64,000 bases of DNA from an uncultured delta proteobacterium. GTDB taxonomy: Bacteria; Desulfobacterota; Binatia; Binatales; Binataceae. Position 1 is the first letter of the stretch; the number at the start of each line of letters is the position of its first letter. The DNA lies in the NCBI GenBank assembly GCA_963711565.1, contig CAVQEQ010000001.1, positions 320,001-384,000 of the forward strand, given 5' to 3'. Below the pieces are notes generated by a model. It was given only the letters and a program-made list of their open reading frames with translations, had not been told where the DNA came from and ran no database searches. The position numbers and the translations under genes are program-made. Shown piece by piece: positions 38,926-48,636 of this stretch.

Positions 38926-40290
38926 TCAGTCTTTGCCGTCCGGCTTGCGCCGCGGTGTGGTGTGGCGCGCCTGGCGTGCGCGGGCGAGGAACTCACGGAT
39001 TCTGATTTCGTAGCCGCGCTCCGACGGCTCATAATAGATTTTTTCGCCGAGTTCGTCCGGCAAGTAATGCTGATCTACGAGCGCGCCTTCGAAATCGTGC
39101 GGATAGCGATAGCCCTTTCCGTAGCCTAGTCCCTTCATCATCGGCGTCGGCGCATTGCGCAGATGCAGCGGCACCGCCAGCGCGCCAAGCGTTTTCGCAT
39201 CTTCGCTCGCCGAGCGCATCGCGAGATACGACGCGTTGGACTTCGGCGCACTCGCGAGATAGGTCACGCCCTGCGCGAGCGGAATCACACCTTCCGGCAT
39301 TCCGACGAAATCCACCGCTTCCTTCACCGCGATCGCGACTTGCAGCGCGCGTGGGTCGGCGTTGCCAACGTCCTCGGACGCGAAGATCACCATCCGCCGC
39401 GCGATGAACAGCGGCTCCTCGCCCGCTTCGACCATCCGCATCATCCAGTACACCGCGGCGTCGGGATCGCTGCCGCGCATGCTCTTGATAAACGCCGAGA
39501 TGACGTTGTAGTGCTCCTCGCCCGCGCGATCGTAGAGCAGCGCTTTCTGCTGCGCCGACTCGCGAATATGCTCCGGCGTGACAATCATCGCGCCCGCGTT
39601 CTGCGCGAACTCCGCCGCAATTTCGAGCGTGCCGAGCGCGCGCCGCGCGTCGCCGCCCGCATAGCGGACGATCTCGTCGATCGCGCCGGCACCCAGCTTG
39701 AGGCCCATGTTGCCGAGGCCGCGCTCCTTGTCGGCGAGCGCGCGATGCACCAGAGTCGCGACGTTTTCCTCCGACAGCGGCTGCAGCACGAGTAGCCGCA
39801 TCCGCGAGAGCAGTGCCGAGATGACTTCGAACGATGGATTCTCGGTCGTCGCGCCGATAAGTGTGATCAGCCCGCTCTCGACGTGCGGCAGAAACGCGTC
39901 CTGCTGCGCGCGGTTCCATCGATGGATCTCGTCGATAAAAACCACCGTGCGCTTGCCCGCTTCGAGATCGTGGCGCGCCGCCTCGACCGCCTCGCGCAGA
40001 TCGGCGACGCCCAACGTCACCGCGGCCAGCTTGCGGAACACCGCGCCCGATTGCTCCGCCAGCACGATCGCAAGCGTCGTCTTCCCTGTGCCCGGCGGTC
40101 CCCACAGGATCATCGAATGGAGCACGTGCGCCGCAACCATCTGGCTGAGGAATTTGCCCGGTCCCAGCAGATGCTCCTGGCCCACGATTTCATCGAGCGT
40201 CCGCGGCCGCATCCGATCCGCCAACGGCTGACTAAGCGGCGTGCGCGGAGGAAACAGACTCTGCGAAGAATCAGCCTTGCGCCGTGCCAT
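38926..40290 (-). CDS. rarA: Replication-associated recombination protein A (MgsA/RarA)
   Basis: PLADRMRP, WGPPGTGKTT, DEIHR, GATTENPSF, SAFIKSMRGSDPDAA, P.HLRNAPT. Confidence 0.97.
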   Translation of the reverse strand: MARRKADSSQSLFPPRTPLSQPLADRMRPRTLDEIVGQEHLLGPGKFLSQMVAAHVLHSMILWGPPGTGKTTLAIVLAEQSGAVFRKLAAVTLGVADLREAVEAARHDLEAGKRTVVFIDEIHRWNRAQQDAFLPHVESGLITLIGATTENPSFEVISALLSRMRLLVLQPLSEENVATLVHRALADKERGLGNMGLKLGAGAIDEIVRYAGGDARRALGTLEIAAEFAQNAGAMIVTPEHIRESAQQKALLYDRAGEEHYNVISAFIKSMRGSDPDAAVYWMMRMVEAGEEPLFIARRMVIFASEDVGNADPRALQVAIAVKEAVDFVGMPEGVIPLAQGVTYLASAPKSNASYLAMRSASEDAKTLGALAVPLHLRNAPTPMMKGLGYGKGYRYPHDFEGALVDQHYLPDELGEKIYYEPSERGYEIRIREFLARARQARHTTPRRKPDGKD

Positions 40291-40353
40291 TTTTGAAAAG
40301 TATCACAGTGACCGACTCCGGCTAATGCCCTTCCACGCCCTGTCACCACGTCG

Positions 40354-40387
40354 TTGCACAGGTGGCTTCCACTGATCTAGCTTCATG
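40354..40387 (+). repeat. Left direct repeat of the islet (promoter-like)
   Basis: TTGCACAGGTGGCTTCCACTGATCTAGCTTCATG; 29/34 identical to 42806-42839, with the last 16 nt exact. Confidence 0.8.
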
Positions 40388-40483
40388 ACGCGGCTCAGCG
40401 TTGCCGCTTTGCCTAGAGCAAGGTTGTCGGGCGCGAGACCTACTGCCTAAAATGACGAACAGTAACCCCTCAAGAGGTGCCCA

Positions 40484-40795
40484 ATGCCGAGAAAATCGCC
40501 TACTACCGCTCCGGGCATCCGACATGACTGCGTAACGTTCGACGACGGCAGCGGGCATAAGTGGCATGTGCCATTCGACGAGATTGTTAGCATTCCGCGC
40601 GTGGGAGAAGAGGTTCTCTTACCGAGTCCGTCCGGGTCTGACAAACTCCGCTACTCGGTCGTTAGCGTCGCGCACGAGTTCGACGCACGAAGACCTCCCA
40701 AAGACGCGATTGGGATCTCTGCCCGGGGGAACGATAAATGGATTTATGCGGGTCTCGGCGACGTAATTGTAAGAATCGATCAAACTGAAGACTGA
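40484..40795 (+). CDS. Hypothetical protein (IPRVGE...Y.V..V.H)
   Basis: GAGGTG RBS, ATG, 103 aa, lower GC; no family recognised. Confidence 0.65.
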   Translation: MPRKSPTTAPGIRHDCVTFDDGSGHKWHVPFDEIVSIPRVGEEVLLPSPSGSDKLRYSVVSVAHEFDARRPPKDAIGISARGNDKWIYAGLGDVIVRIDQTED

Positions 40796-40809
40796 GAGGA
40801 CGACGTGAT

Positions 40810-41598
40810 GTGGTGAAGCAGAGACTCTTGTGGAAGGTGCTGGGGCTGCTACTAGCGGCTTTCACCCTTGTGCTGGGTGCGAAAGAGAACTGCTTCCCAC
40901 AAACTCCGGAGATTCTGAGGCAAGAACCAATCCCTTCTTACCAGTCTCCGGCTTCGCAACCGTCACCGGCTGCGCATACCTATCAGCAGGTTCCGAGCCA
41001 AGGGACGTTGGAATTGCCAAGAATCTTGCGAGGTTGCTGGCAGGGGAAATCCATCACCGACTCAGTGGAAGTTCTTGATCCCTCCAAGGGGCGGCCCGGG
41101 TCCTATTTTACTTCGGCATACAAGCTTTGTTACCTACAACGCGAAGGCAGCGGCGATTTCAAGTTGTCCTCATCGGAGTCTACCTCAGACACGAACGATC
41201 TACATTTCTATTCATCGATTGACGGCTTCTTATTGAGCACGGGCCTCGCAACGATGAAGCGAGAGGTCACGAGCGACGATCTGGAGATAGTATCGACGGA
41301 CGGTGAAAGCCACTTCAGCTTGCATCACCACATCGAATACGTTGCTCGGGCCGCCGCACTGTTTGGCCTCTTCTCAGGCTCGCAGTCGTATATCGGCGAT
41401 TCAAACATGAATTGTTGGATCGAATCACCCGACCCAAAATCAATGTTCAATGCAGACGCCCAGGGGAACGTTCAGGTCAACTCTACCGCAGCAAATCGAC
41501 AGTCGGTGCACTGCACAGATGACGGCACGATATACATTGACGGTGACGCGTGGTGTCGGGAGAACGGGCGCATCGATATGACTCGGGTTGGTGACTAA
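40810..41598 (+). CDS. Secreted hypothetical protein with several Cys
   Basis: GAGAGGA RBS, signal-peptide-like N-terminus, 262 aa open in lower-GC DNA. Confidence 0.7.
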   Translation: MVKQRLLWKVLGLLLAAFTLVLGAKENCFPQTPEILRQEPIPSYQSPASQPSPAAHTYQQVPSQGTLELPRILRGCWQGKSITDSVEVLDPSKGRPGSYFTSAYKLCYLQREGSGDFKLSSSESTSDTNDLHFYSSIDGFLLSTGLATMKREVTSDDLEIVSTDGESHFSLHHHIEYVARAAALFGLFSGSQSYIGDSNMNCWIESPDPKSMFNADAQGNVQVNSTAANRQSVHCTDDGTIYIDGDAWCRENGRIDMTRVGD

Positions 41599-41681
41599 TA
41601 TCCCCCGTAGCTCATTATCTGCAAAACTCCGCCTGTTTTCGGCCCTATCAGCCCTATACTATATTGATATACGAGCAGCCA

Positions 41682-41903
41682 ATGCGTCAACAAAAAACTC
41701 CACAAGAACAGAGAGAAGACCTTGAGCGACGGGCATCGGCGCTGGAGGAAGAGCGTCAGCACCTTAGGAAACTCGCTAGCACCGAGGAAAGCATCTTCGA
41801 AGACGCGGTAAGAGACGAGGATATCCGCGAGGAACTCGCCGAGATTCGTAGAACGCAAGTGGCCATCGAAGAAGCAACAATGTCACGAGGCACCATCTCG
41901 TAG
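41682..41903 (+). CDS. Small coiled-coil hypothetical protein
   Basis: E/R/Q-rich helical 73 aa, TATACT box upstream. Confidence 0.5.
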   Translation: MRQQKTPQEQREDLERRASALEEERQHLRKLASTEESIFEDAVRDEDIREELAEIRRTQVAIEEATMSRGTIS

Positions 41904-42005
41904 AGGCTCGCCTTTTTTCTTCGGGTACTCCATGCTCAAACGACCTGGCCGCCTCTCATAACAGCGCGCAATCTCCCTTAAATCGTGTCAGGGGATTCTA
42001 GGCTA

Positions 42006-42668
42006 ATGCCGGATGCGCTTCATCAATCCAAGCTCAGGATAGATTGGGCACGCGAAAAGATTGACGAATTGAAATTCTTTAAGCAGCGAATCTGGCAAGA
42101 CGCTTTGGAGAATACGGCTCAGCAGGGCAATCCGAACATGCGCGATGCCTACTTTCTGTTTAGAGAGCGCCTTCACGATGAAGCGATTCGACTCACCAGT
42201 GAGTTCGTTCACCACGCCCGCGCCGCCTTGGATTACGTTATTTTCACCTTGGCTTGGCGTGACACTGGGAGCGAGCAAAAGGGCACACAATTTCCGATCA
42301 ACTCGACGCCGGAGAAATTCGCCAGAAATCGCGAACGTTTTCTCAAGCATCTCAGGCAGGAACACATCACGATGGTCGAGCGATTCCAGCCGTACTGTGG
42401 CTTTCATTCATTGCTGGTGCTCAATACTCTCTCCAACCTCGACAAACACCGAGAGTTCATTCACATCAATTTTCTCGGCATGGTCAGCGAGGTAATAGTG
42501 CCTTTAGCTGAGGCGCAGACTCAAGCCGCTAGCCATCAGGTGAAGTTGGAGAAACGTCATACCATCCAGGTATTGCTGGACGACGGGACTGCCATCGAAG
42601 AAGCGCTCACGGATGTCCTTTCGGAGGTGGGCAAAGTGATCAAGCATTTCGATAGGGTCTTGGCGTAA
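42006..42668 (+). CDS. All-helical hypothetical protein (H.R.ALD, FPI, LSN.DKHR; possibly HEPN-like)
   Basis: 220 aa open in lower-GC DNA; the family assignment is a guess from motif shape. GTG 41985 is an alternative start. Confidence 0.7.
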   Translation: MPDALHQSKLRIDWAREKIDELKFFKQRIWQDALENTAQQGNPNMRDAYFLFRERLHDEAIRLTSEFVHHARAALDYVIFTLAWRDTGSEQKGTQFPINSTPEKFARNRERFLKHLRQEHITMVERFQPYCGFHSLLVLNTLSNLDKHREFIHINFLGMVSEVIVPLAEAQTQAASHQVKLEKRHTIQVLLDDGTAIEEALTDVLSEVGKVIKHFDRVLA

Positions 42669-42805
42669 CCCGGTACCGGCCAGCCACGTTGAGAGTGTAT
42701 GCCCATTCGTTTGTCTTCCCGTCAACTTGGGCTTACTCGCCTTACTTTACGGTATAGGCGGCTGGCCGGTAAGTGAGGGTTATGCGGCGCATCCGCTCCG
42801 CCTGT

Positions 42806-42839
42806 TTGCGCAGGTGGCAGGCGCTGATCTAGCTTCATG
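42806..42839 (+). repeat. Right direct repeat of the islet; probable promoter of the pantothenate kinase gene
   Basis: TTGCGC-18 nt-TAGCTT; core CTGATCTAGCTTCATG is shared with 40372-40387. Confidence 0.75.
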
Positions 42840-42868
42840 GACGGGCTGGACAGGAGCCGGCACCACTT

Positions 42869-43684
42869 ATGATCGTTGGCATCGATATCGGCGGCTCGAC
42901 CACCGACGCCGTCATCCTTGAAAATGGAGGCGTACACGTCGTGACGATCGAGGCTAACGACCCCGTCGCCGCGGCCGCGGGCGCGCTCGGCAAGCTCGTC
43001 GCTGACTTCGGCATCAAGCTCGAAGACGTCGAATGCGTCGCCGCCACCGGCGCCGGCTCGCGCGTGTTGACCAAGTCCTTGCTGGGCCGGCCTGTCGTCA
43101 AGGTCAACGAGTTCACTGCGATCGGAATCGGCGGCACCTCGCTCGCGGGCCTCGAGAGCGCGATGGTCGTATCGCTCGGCACCGGCACCGCGATCGTGTC
43201 CGTCACCGGTGACAAGATCGCGCACTTCAGCGGCACCGGCGTCGGCGGCGGCACGCTGCTCGGCCTCGCCAAGCACATGCTCGGCGTCTCGACGATTGAG
43301 CGGCTCGAAAAACTTGCGCGCAAGGGCGACCTGCGCCGAATCGATCTCAGCGTGCGCGATATTGCCGGTGGCTCGATCGGCGACCTGCCGCCAAGTACCA
43401 CCGCCGCGAACTTCGGCAAGATAAGCGCCGACGCGACGCCCGAGGACAAGGCGCTCGCCATCATGAACATGATCACCGAATCAATCGGCGTGCTCGCGCT
43501 CGCGAGCGCCCGCGCCTGCGGCCAGGAGAACATCGTGCTGACGGGCAAGCTGTCGCGCCTGTTCCGCTTCATGCAGGAGATGAAGCGCCTCAGCTTTCCA
43601 TTCGGCCGCCGCTTCCTGATCCCCGAGCACGCCGATTTCGCCACCGCCATCGGTGCTGCCCGCCACGCCCGCCAGCAGAAATAG
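42869..43684 (+). CDS. Type II (CoaW/fumble-like) pantothenate kinase
   Basis: GIDIGGS, TGAG, NEF, SLGTGT, GTGVGGGTLLGL, GD...IDL.V.DI, TAANFGK. Confidence 0.85.
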   Translation: MIVGIDIGGSTTDAVILENGGVHVVTIEANDPVAAAAGALGKLVADFGIKLEDVECVAATGAGSRVLTKSLLGRPVVKVNEFTAIGIGGTSLAGLESAMVVSLGTGTAIVSVTGDKIAHFSGTGVGGGTLLGLAKHMLGVSTIERLEKLARKGDLRRIDLSVRDIAGGSIGDLPPSTTAANFGKISADATPEDKALAIMNMITESIGVLALASARACGQENIVLTGKLSRLFRFMQEMKRLSFPFGRRFLIPEHADFATAIGAARHARQQK

Positions 43685-43778
43685 CGAGCCGTGCAGCTCC
43701 GTTTGCAAGCTCGTCGCGCCGTTACATCTTTGCCGCGCTAGGATATAAAATTCCGAGTTCCGCGAGGTTTATTCATCG

Positions 43779-45038
43779 ATGCCATCAGAGTTGCTCAAAG
43801 GATTTCGGCTGCTCGATCTGACCGACGAAAAAGGCGCCCTGTGCGGCAAAATGTTCGCCGATCTCGGCGCTGAAGTTATCAAGGTCGAGCCAATCGGCGG
43901 ATGCTCGACGCGACGCATCCCGCCGTATCTCGAAGACAGAGCTGACGCCGACCACTGCCTCTATTCGATCGCCTATCACGCGGGGAAAAAATCCGTCACT
44001 GCGAACCTCGCGACTGACGATGGACGCGCGCTCGTCGCCGATCTGGCGGCGAAGTCCGACTTTCTCGTCGAGTCGCACCCCCTCGGCTATCTCGATTCGA
44101 TCAGGCTCGGCTACGACGCACTCGCGAAGAAAAATCCGCGACTCATCTACGCGTCGATCACGCCGTTCGGCGACACCGGCCCCGGCAAAGACTACAACTG
44201 GGCCGACATCATCACGTGGGCCGCAGGCGGCATGATGTACCTGATGGGCGAGGAGGGCAAGCCGCCGCTGCAGATGAGTCTGCCGCAAGCTGGATTGCAT
44301 GCGGGCGGCGAGGCGAGCGTCGCGATGATGCTCGCGCACTACCCACGTCAGGTCGACGGCCTCGGCCAACGCATCGTCGTCAACATGCAGGCCTGCATCG
44401 TGTGGACGCTGATGAACGAGCAGGCGATGCCGCTGCTGCACGGCAACCATCTGTCGCGCACGGGGATTTACGTCGGATCGGGCGACATGCGGCGCAAGAT
44501 GGTGTTCGAGTGCAAGGACGGACATATTTCGATCCTGATCGCGGGCGGCACCACGTTCGGCAATTCGACCAAGGCGCTGATCGAGTGGATGCGCGAGAAG
44601 GGATTCGGCTCCGAATGGATGCGGACCAAGGATTGGGTGTCGTGGATTCCCGGCATGTTCATGGCGATGACCGAAGAGGACCGTCAGCAGATCGCAGATC
44701 TCGAAACCACGATCCAGCGCTTCCTGCTGACGATGACCAAGCATGAGATCTACGCGCAGGGACTCAAGCGCCGGATCTTTCTCGCGCCGGTCGCAAACGT
44801 CGCCAACGTCGCCGCCGACGAGCAGCTGAAGGCGCGCGACTTCTGGGTCAGAGTGCCGCACGACACGCTCGGCCGCACGCTCACGTTTCCCGGACCGTTC
44901 GCGAAAATGTCGGCGACGCCGATCGGATCGACCACGCGCGCGCCGCGAATCGGCGAACATAGCGACGAGATTTACCGCGGCCTGCTCGGGCTCGCGCCCG
45001 AGCGGCTGACGAAGCTCCGCACCGCCGGCTCAATTTAG
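43779..45038 (+). CDS. CaiB/BaiF family III CoA-transferase subunit (catalytic Asp apparently absent)
   Basis: L.G.RLLDL, FADLGAEVIKVEP, GKKSV, SITPFG.TGP, FECKDG, AP.IGEH. Confidence 0.9.
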   Translation: MPSELLKGFRLLDLTDEKGALCGKMFADLGAEVIKVEPIGGCSTRRIPPYLEDRADADHCLYSIAYHAGKKSVTANLATDDGRALVADLAAKSDFLVESHPLGYLDSIRLGYDALAKKNPRLIYASITPFGDTGPGKDYNWADIITWAAGGMMYLMGEEGKPPLQMSLPQAGLHAGGEASVAMMLAHYPRQVDGLGQRIVVNMQACIVWTLMNEQAMPLLHGNHLSRTGIYVGSGDMRRKMVFECKDGHISILIAGGTTFGNSTKALIEWMREKGFGSEWMRTKDWVSWIPGMFMAMTEEDRQQIADLETTIQRFLLTMTKHEIYAQGLKRRIFLAPVANVANVAADEQLKARDFWVRVPHDTLGRTLTFPGPFAKMSATPIGSTTRAPRIGEHSDEIYRGLLGLAPERLTKLRTAGSI

Positions 45039-45054
45039 CCAGGAGAAATTCGAG

Positions 45055-46269
45055 ATGAGCCGTTTCGCATTGGAAGGAGTTCACGTTCTCGACTTCGCCT
45101 GGGTCGGCGTCGGGCCGATCACAACCAAGTATTTCGCCGACAACGGCGCCGACGTGATTCGGGTCGAGTCCGCGTCGCACCTCGACGTGCTGCGCATCGG
45201 GCCGCCGTGGAAGGACGCGATGCCCGGCATCAACCGCAGCCAGTTCTTCGCCAGCTACAACACATCGAAGAAGGGAATCACGCTGGACTTGAGCAAGCCC
45301 AAAGCGCGCGAGCTTGTGAAGCGCATGGTGCCGTGGGCCGATATCATCGTCGAGAGTTTCACGCCCAAGGCGATGCGCAATTGGGGACTGGATTACGAAA
45401 AGCTGCGCGCGATTCGCCCCGACCTGATCATGCTCTCGACCTGCATGCAGGGGCAGACCGGACCCAACGCGCTCTACCCCGGCTTCGGCCAACTGATGGC
45501 GGCGCTGTCGGGCTTTTACTACATCTCGGGCTACGGGCCGGGCTCATGCACGCCGCCATACGGCGCGTACACCGATTTCATCGCGCCGCGATTTTCCGCG
45601 TTCGCGCTGCTCGCCGCGCTCGACTATCGGCGCCGCACCGGGACGGGCCAGTACATCGACATGGCGCAGTACGAATGCGCGATGCAGAATCTCGCGCCCG
45701 CGTTGATCGACTATCACGCAACCAGCCGCGTGCTCGGCCCGCAGGGAAACGCGTCCGCACGTTACGCTCCGCACGGCGCGTATCAGTGCGCCGACGAGGA
45801 CGGCAACGAGCGATGGATCGCGATCGCTGTCGCCGGCGACGAGCAGTGGCGCGCGATGCTCGCAGCTCTTGCGGCAGATTCTGACTCGCGCTTCGCAACC
45901 TCAGCGGCTCGCCACGAGAATGCCGCAGCAATCGATCAGTTTGTCGGCTTGCTGACGCGCGCGCACAACGCGCACGATCTCACAGTGAAGTTGCAGGCGG
46001 CCGGAGTCGCCGCTTATCCAGTCGAGAACTGCGTCGATATTCACCAGGACGACAACCTCGAGGCGTTCGGCTTCTGGCATTGGCTCGAGCACAAGGAAAT
46101 GGGCGCGTCGCCTTACGAAGGACTCGAGCATCGCATGAGCCGCACGCCGGGCACGCTGCGATCGGCCGCGCCGATTCTCGGCCAGGACAACGACGAAGTT
46201 TTCGGCGAGATGCTGTCGCTCAGCGCCGAGGAGATCGAGCAGCTAAAGAAAGAGAACGTGATATTCTGA
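45055..46269 (+). CDS. CaiB/BaiF family III CoA-transferase subunit
   Basis: LEGVHVLDF.W..VGP, GADVIRVES, GQTGP, YTDF, G.GQYID, AP.G.Y.C, AP.LGQDN. Confidence 0.92.
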   Translation: MSRFALEGVHVLDFAWVGVGPITTKYFADNGADVIRVESASHLDVLRIGPPWKDAMPGINRSQFFASYNTSKKGITLDLSKPKARELVKRMVPWADIIVESFTPKAMRNWGLDYEKLRAIRPDLIMLSTCMQGQTGPNALYPGFGQLMAALSGFYYISGYGPGSCTPPYGAYTDFIAPRFSAFALLAALDYRRRTGTGQYIDMAQYECAMQNLAPALIDYHATSRVLGPQGNASARYAPHGAYQCADEDGNERWIAIAVAGDEQWRAMLAALAADSDSRFATSAARHENAAAIDQFVGLLTRAHNAHDLTVKLQAAGVAAYPVENCVDIHQDDNLEAFGFWHWLEHKEMGASPYEGLEHRMSRTPGTLRSAAPILGQDNDEVFGEMLSLSAEEIEQLKKENVIF

Positions 46270-46288
46270 GTTCGTCCCGATTGTCGTC

Positions 46289-47539
46289 GTGCGATACGAA
46301 CTCAAAATTGCGATCCGCTATCTGCGCGCCCGCCGCAAAGACGCTTTCATCTCGATCACGACGATCTTTACCGCCGTCGGCGTGATGATCGGCGTCGCCG
46401 CGCTCACGACGACACTGTCAGTGATGGGCGGCTTCGAGCAGAGCATCAAGGAGCGCGTGCTCAACCTCAGCCCGCAAGTGCAGATTCTCAATTCGCAGGG
46501 ATCGATCGACAACTACGCCGAGATCGAGAAGAGGGTCGCCGGCGTGCCCGGCGTCAACGGCGCGGAGTCGTATATCATCGGCCAGGCGATGCTGAGTTCG
46601 GGGCGCGGAATCGGCGGCGTCGTCGTGCGCGGCGTCGAGCCGGGCAATCCGGTGGTGCGCGAGCAATGGGGCCGCTACATGACGGCCGGCGGTCTCGACG
46701 ATCTCGCGCGAAGCTATTCGATTCCGGCGAGTGGCGCGGCGCCGGCGGTTACGACGGGCGGCCTCGCGATCGGAGTGAGCCTTGCGAAGAAGCTCAAGGC
46801 CAAGCCCGGTGACGCGGTGCGGATGGTGGCGCCGATTATTTCGCCCGACGGATCGCTCTCGACCAAGAGCGCGCAATTCGTGATCGGCGCGATCTTCGAC
46901 TCGGGTATGAACTTCATCGACACCAACATGGTCTTCATGAATCTCGCCAACGCGCAGGATTTCTTCGGCCGCGCCGGCAAAGTGGACGCCGTCGATATCC
47001 ATCTTATCAACCTCGACCAGACCGACGCCGTCACCGACGCGGTGAGCAGGCTGTTCCCAAATCCCTATCGAGTCCGCAACTGGATCGAGTTCAACGAATC
47101 CGCCGCCGCCGGCTTCGCACTGCTCAAGCGCGTCTATGCCCTGGTGCTCGTCATGCTGATCGGCGTCGCCGCGTTCAACCTAGTCGCGACTTTGATCATG
47201 GTCGTGATGGAAAAGCGCAAGGACATCGCGGTGCTGATCGCGATGGGTGCGAAGCGGCGCGACGTGCGCCTGATCTTCGTGATGAAGGGACTGATCGTCG
47301 GCGCCGCGGGAACCGCCGCCGGATTGATCCTCGGCGCCGCCGGATGCTTCGCGCTGGCGCGCTACCAGTTCATACACATACCGCGCGAAATTTACGGCAT
47401 CTCGACGCTGCCGATCGCGGTCGCGCCGTCAAATTTCGCCGCCGTCGCGCTAGCCTCGATGCTTCTGTGCCTGCTCGCGACTGTATATCCGGCCCGGCAA
47501 GCATCGCGCGAGATGCCGGTCGAAGTCTTCCGCTCCTAA
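46289..47539 (+). CDS. Lipoprotein-releasing ABC transporter permease (LolC/E)
   Basis: IA.RYLR, GV.IGVAAL..TLSVM.GF, VAAFN...TL.M.V.EK..DIA.L..MGA, YPA. Confidence 0.92.
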   Translation: MRYELKIAIRYLRARRKDAFISITTIFTAVGVMIGVAALTTTLSVMGGFEQSIKERVLNLSPQVQILNSQGSIDNYAEIEKRVAGVPGVNGAESYIIGQAMLSSGRGIGGVVVRGVEPGNPVVREQWGRYMTAGGLDDLARSYSIPASGAAPAVTTGGLAIGVSLAKKLKAKPGDAVRMVAPIISPDGSLSTKSAQFVIGAIFDSGMNFIDTNMVFMNLANAQDFFGRAGKVDAVDIHLINLDQTDAVTDAVSRLFPNPYRVRNWIEFNESAAAGFALLKRVYALVLVMLIGVAAFNLVATLIMVVMEKRKDIAVLIAMGAKRRDVRLIFVMKGLIVGAAGTAAGLILGAAGCFALARYQFIHIPREIYGISTLPIAVAPSNFAAVALASMLLCLLATVYPARQASREMPVEVFRS

Positions 47540-47581
47540 CTCCTCAACCCGCCCCACCACCCCACATCCGCGGACTACATA

Positions 47582-47869
47582 TTACTGATTGTCTGGCGTG
47601 CGATTTGTATTGGCGGGGGACTTGCCGGCGAGCTTGGGTTTGCGAACGACCAAAGTCTCATGACCGCGAACCTTGATCGTGCGCGCGGGGTCTGACGAAA
47701 AGTTCTGGCTCGGTCCGTCAGAATTCCGCGGCCGCGACGAGGTGCGCGAGCGCCGCCAGTTACTGAGCTCCTTCGACAGTTTTGAGGCCAGCGAATCGTT
47801 GTCCTGGCCGTTCCCGGTCGATTCTCCGCTTTCCTTGTTGAGGTCGCCCTCGAACTCCGCGGAACTCAT
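47582..47869 (-). CDS. Possible small hydrophilic protein or gene remnant
   Basis: 95-aa ORF with a purine-rich upstream tract in an otherwise empty 630-bp gap between convergent genes. Confidence 0.3.
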   Translation of the reverse strand: MSSAEFEGDLNKESGESTGNGQDNDSLASKLSKELSNWRRSRTSSRPRNSDGPSQNFSSDPARTIKVRGHETLVVRKPKLAGKSPANTNRTPDNQ

Positions 47870-48168
47870 TTGCGTTCTCTCTTCCTGTGACGTGGATTTG
47901 TCCTCCTTGGTTTAGGACTGTTTTAGCAAACGGAATTTTAGTTTCCGAAATTGATGTACTGACGTAATCGGCGCTCGCGTTCGCGGCGTCCCGGGATTCT
48001 TAAATCAGTGGATAAGATTGTGTCTCGACTGCGTACCGAATCTGAATTTTATCGGCGCGTTTCGGCTTGAGATGATTTTTATGTGGGATTCTTTCAGGCG
48101 GATTTTCCGCCGGCCGGGTTTGTTTCGCCCGACCGGCGTTCAAGTCATTATTGAGTTGGATTCACAGT

Positions 48169-48501
48169 CTAGGCAAACAGACTCTGCATCCGCAGCGCGA
48201 GCCCCATGTCGCCCGCGATTCGCAGTTTGCCGCTCATGAACGCGACCTGCCCGTTCAGCTTGCCGGTCGTCATGTCCACGTAATCCTGCGCCGTCATCGA
48301 GATCGTGATGCTCGGTGAAGCGGCCGGTCCTTCGTTGACCGTGCAGGTCTCGTTGTTGATGACGACGTTCCACTTGCCGCCATTGTCGCCCGAGAGGTCG
48401 AACTGGTACGTCGCATTCAAACCTTTCGCCGCGTCCTTGTTGAAGCGACCGGGCATCGCCGCGAAGATTTCTTTGGGTGTGGTAGGTGCTGCGTCAGCCA
48501 T
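48169..48501 (-). CDS. SCP2 sterol/lipid-binding domain protein
   Basis: YQFDLSG..GG.W, AFMSGKLRIAGDMGLA; AGGAGG RBS. Confidence 0.93.
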   Translation of the reverse strand: MADAAPTTPKEIFAAMPGRFNKDAAKGLNATYQFDLSGDNGGKWNVVINNETCTVNEGPAASPSITISMTAQDYVDMTTGKLNGQVAFMSGKLRIAGDMGLALRMQSLFA

Positions 48502-48636
48502 GGAAAATTGAGTCCTCCTGATGGGAGCGGCCTATGCGCGCTCTTTCCGCCATATAAGCGTTCGGCTCGAACCGTGTCAATAGTAACACGCCCCGCGGAA
48601 TCATTCACTCCCAGCGCCGTGATCGCAGTTGGCCGG

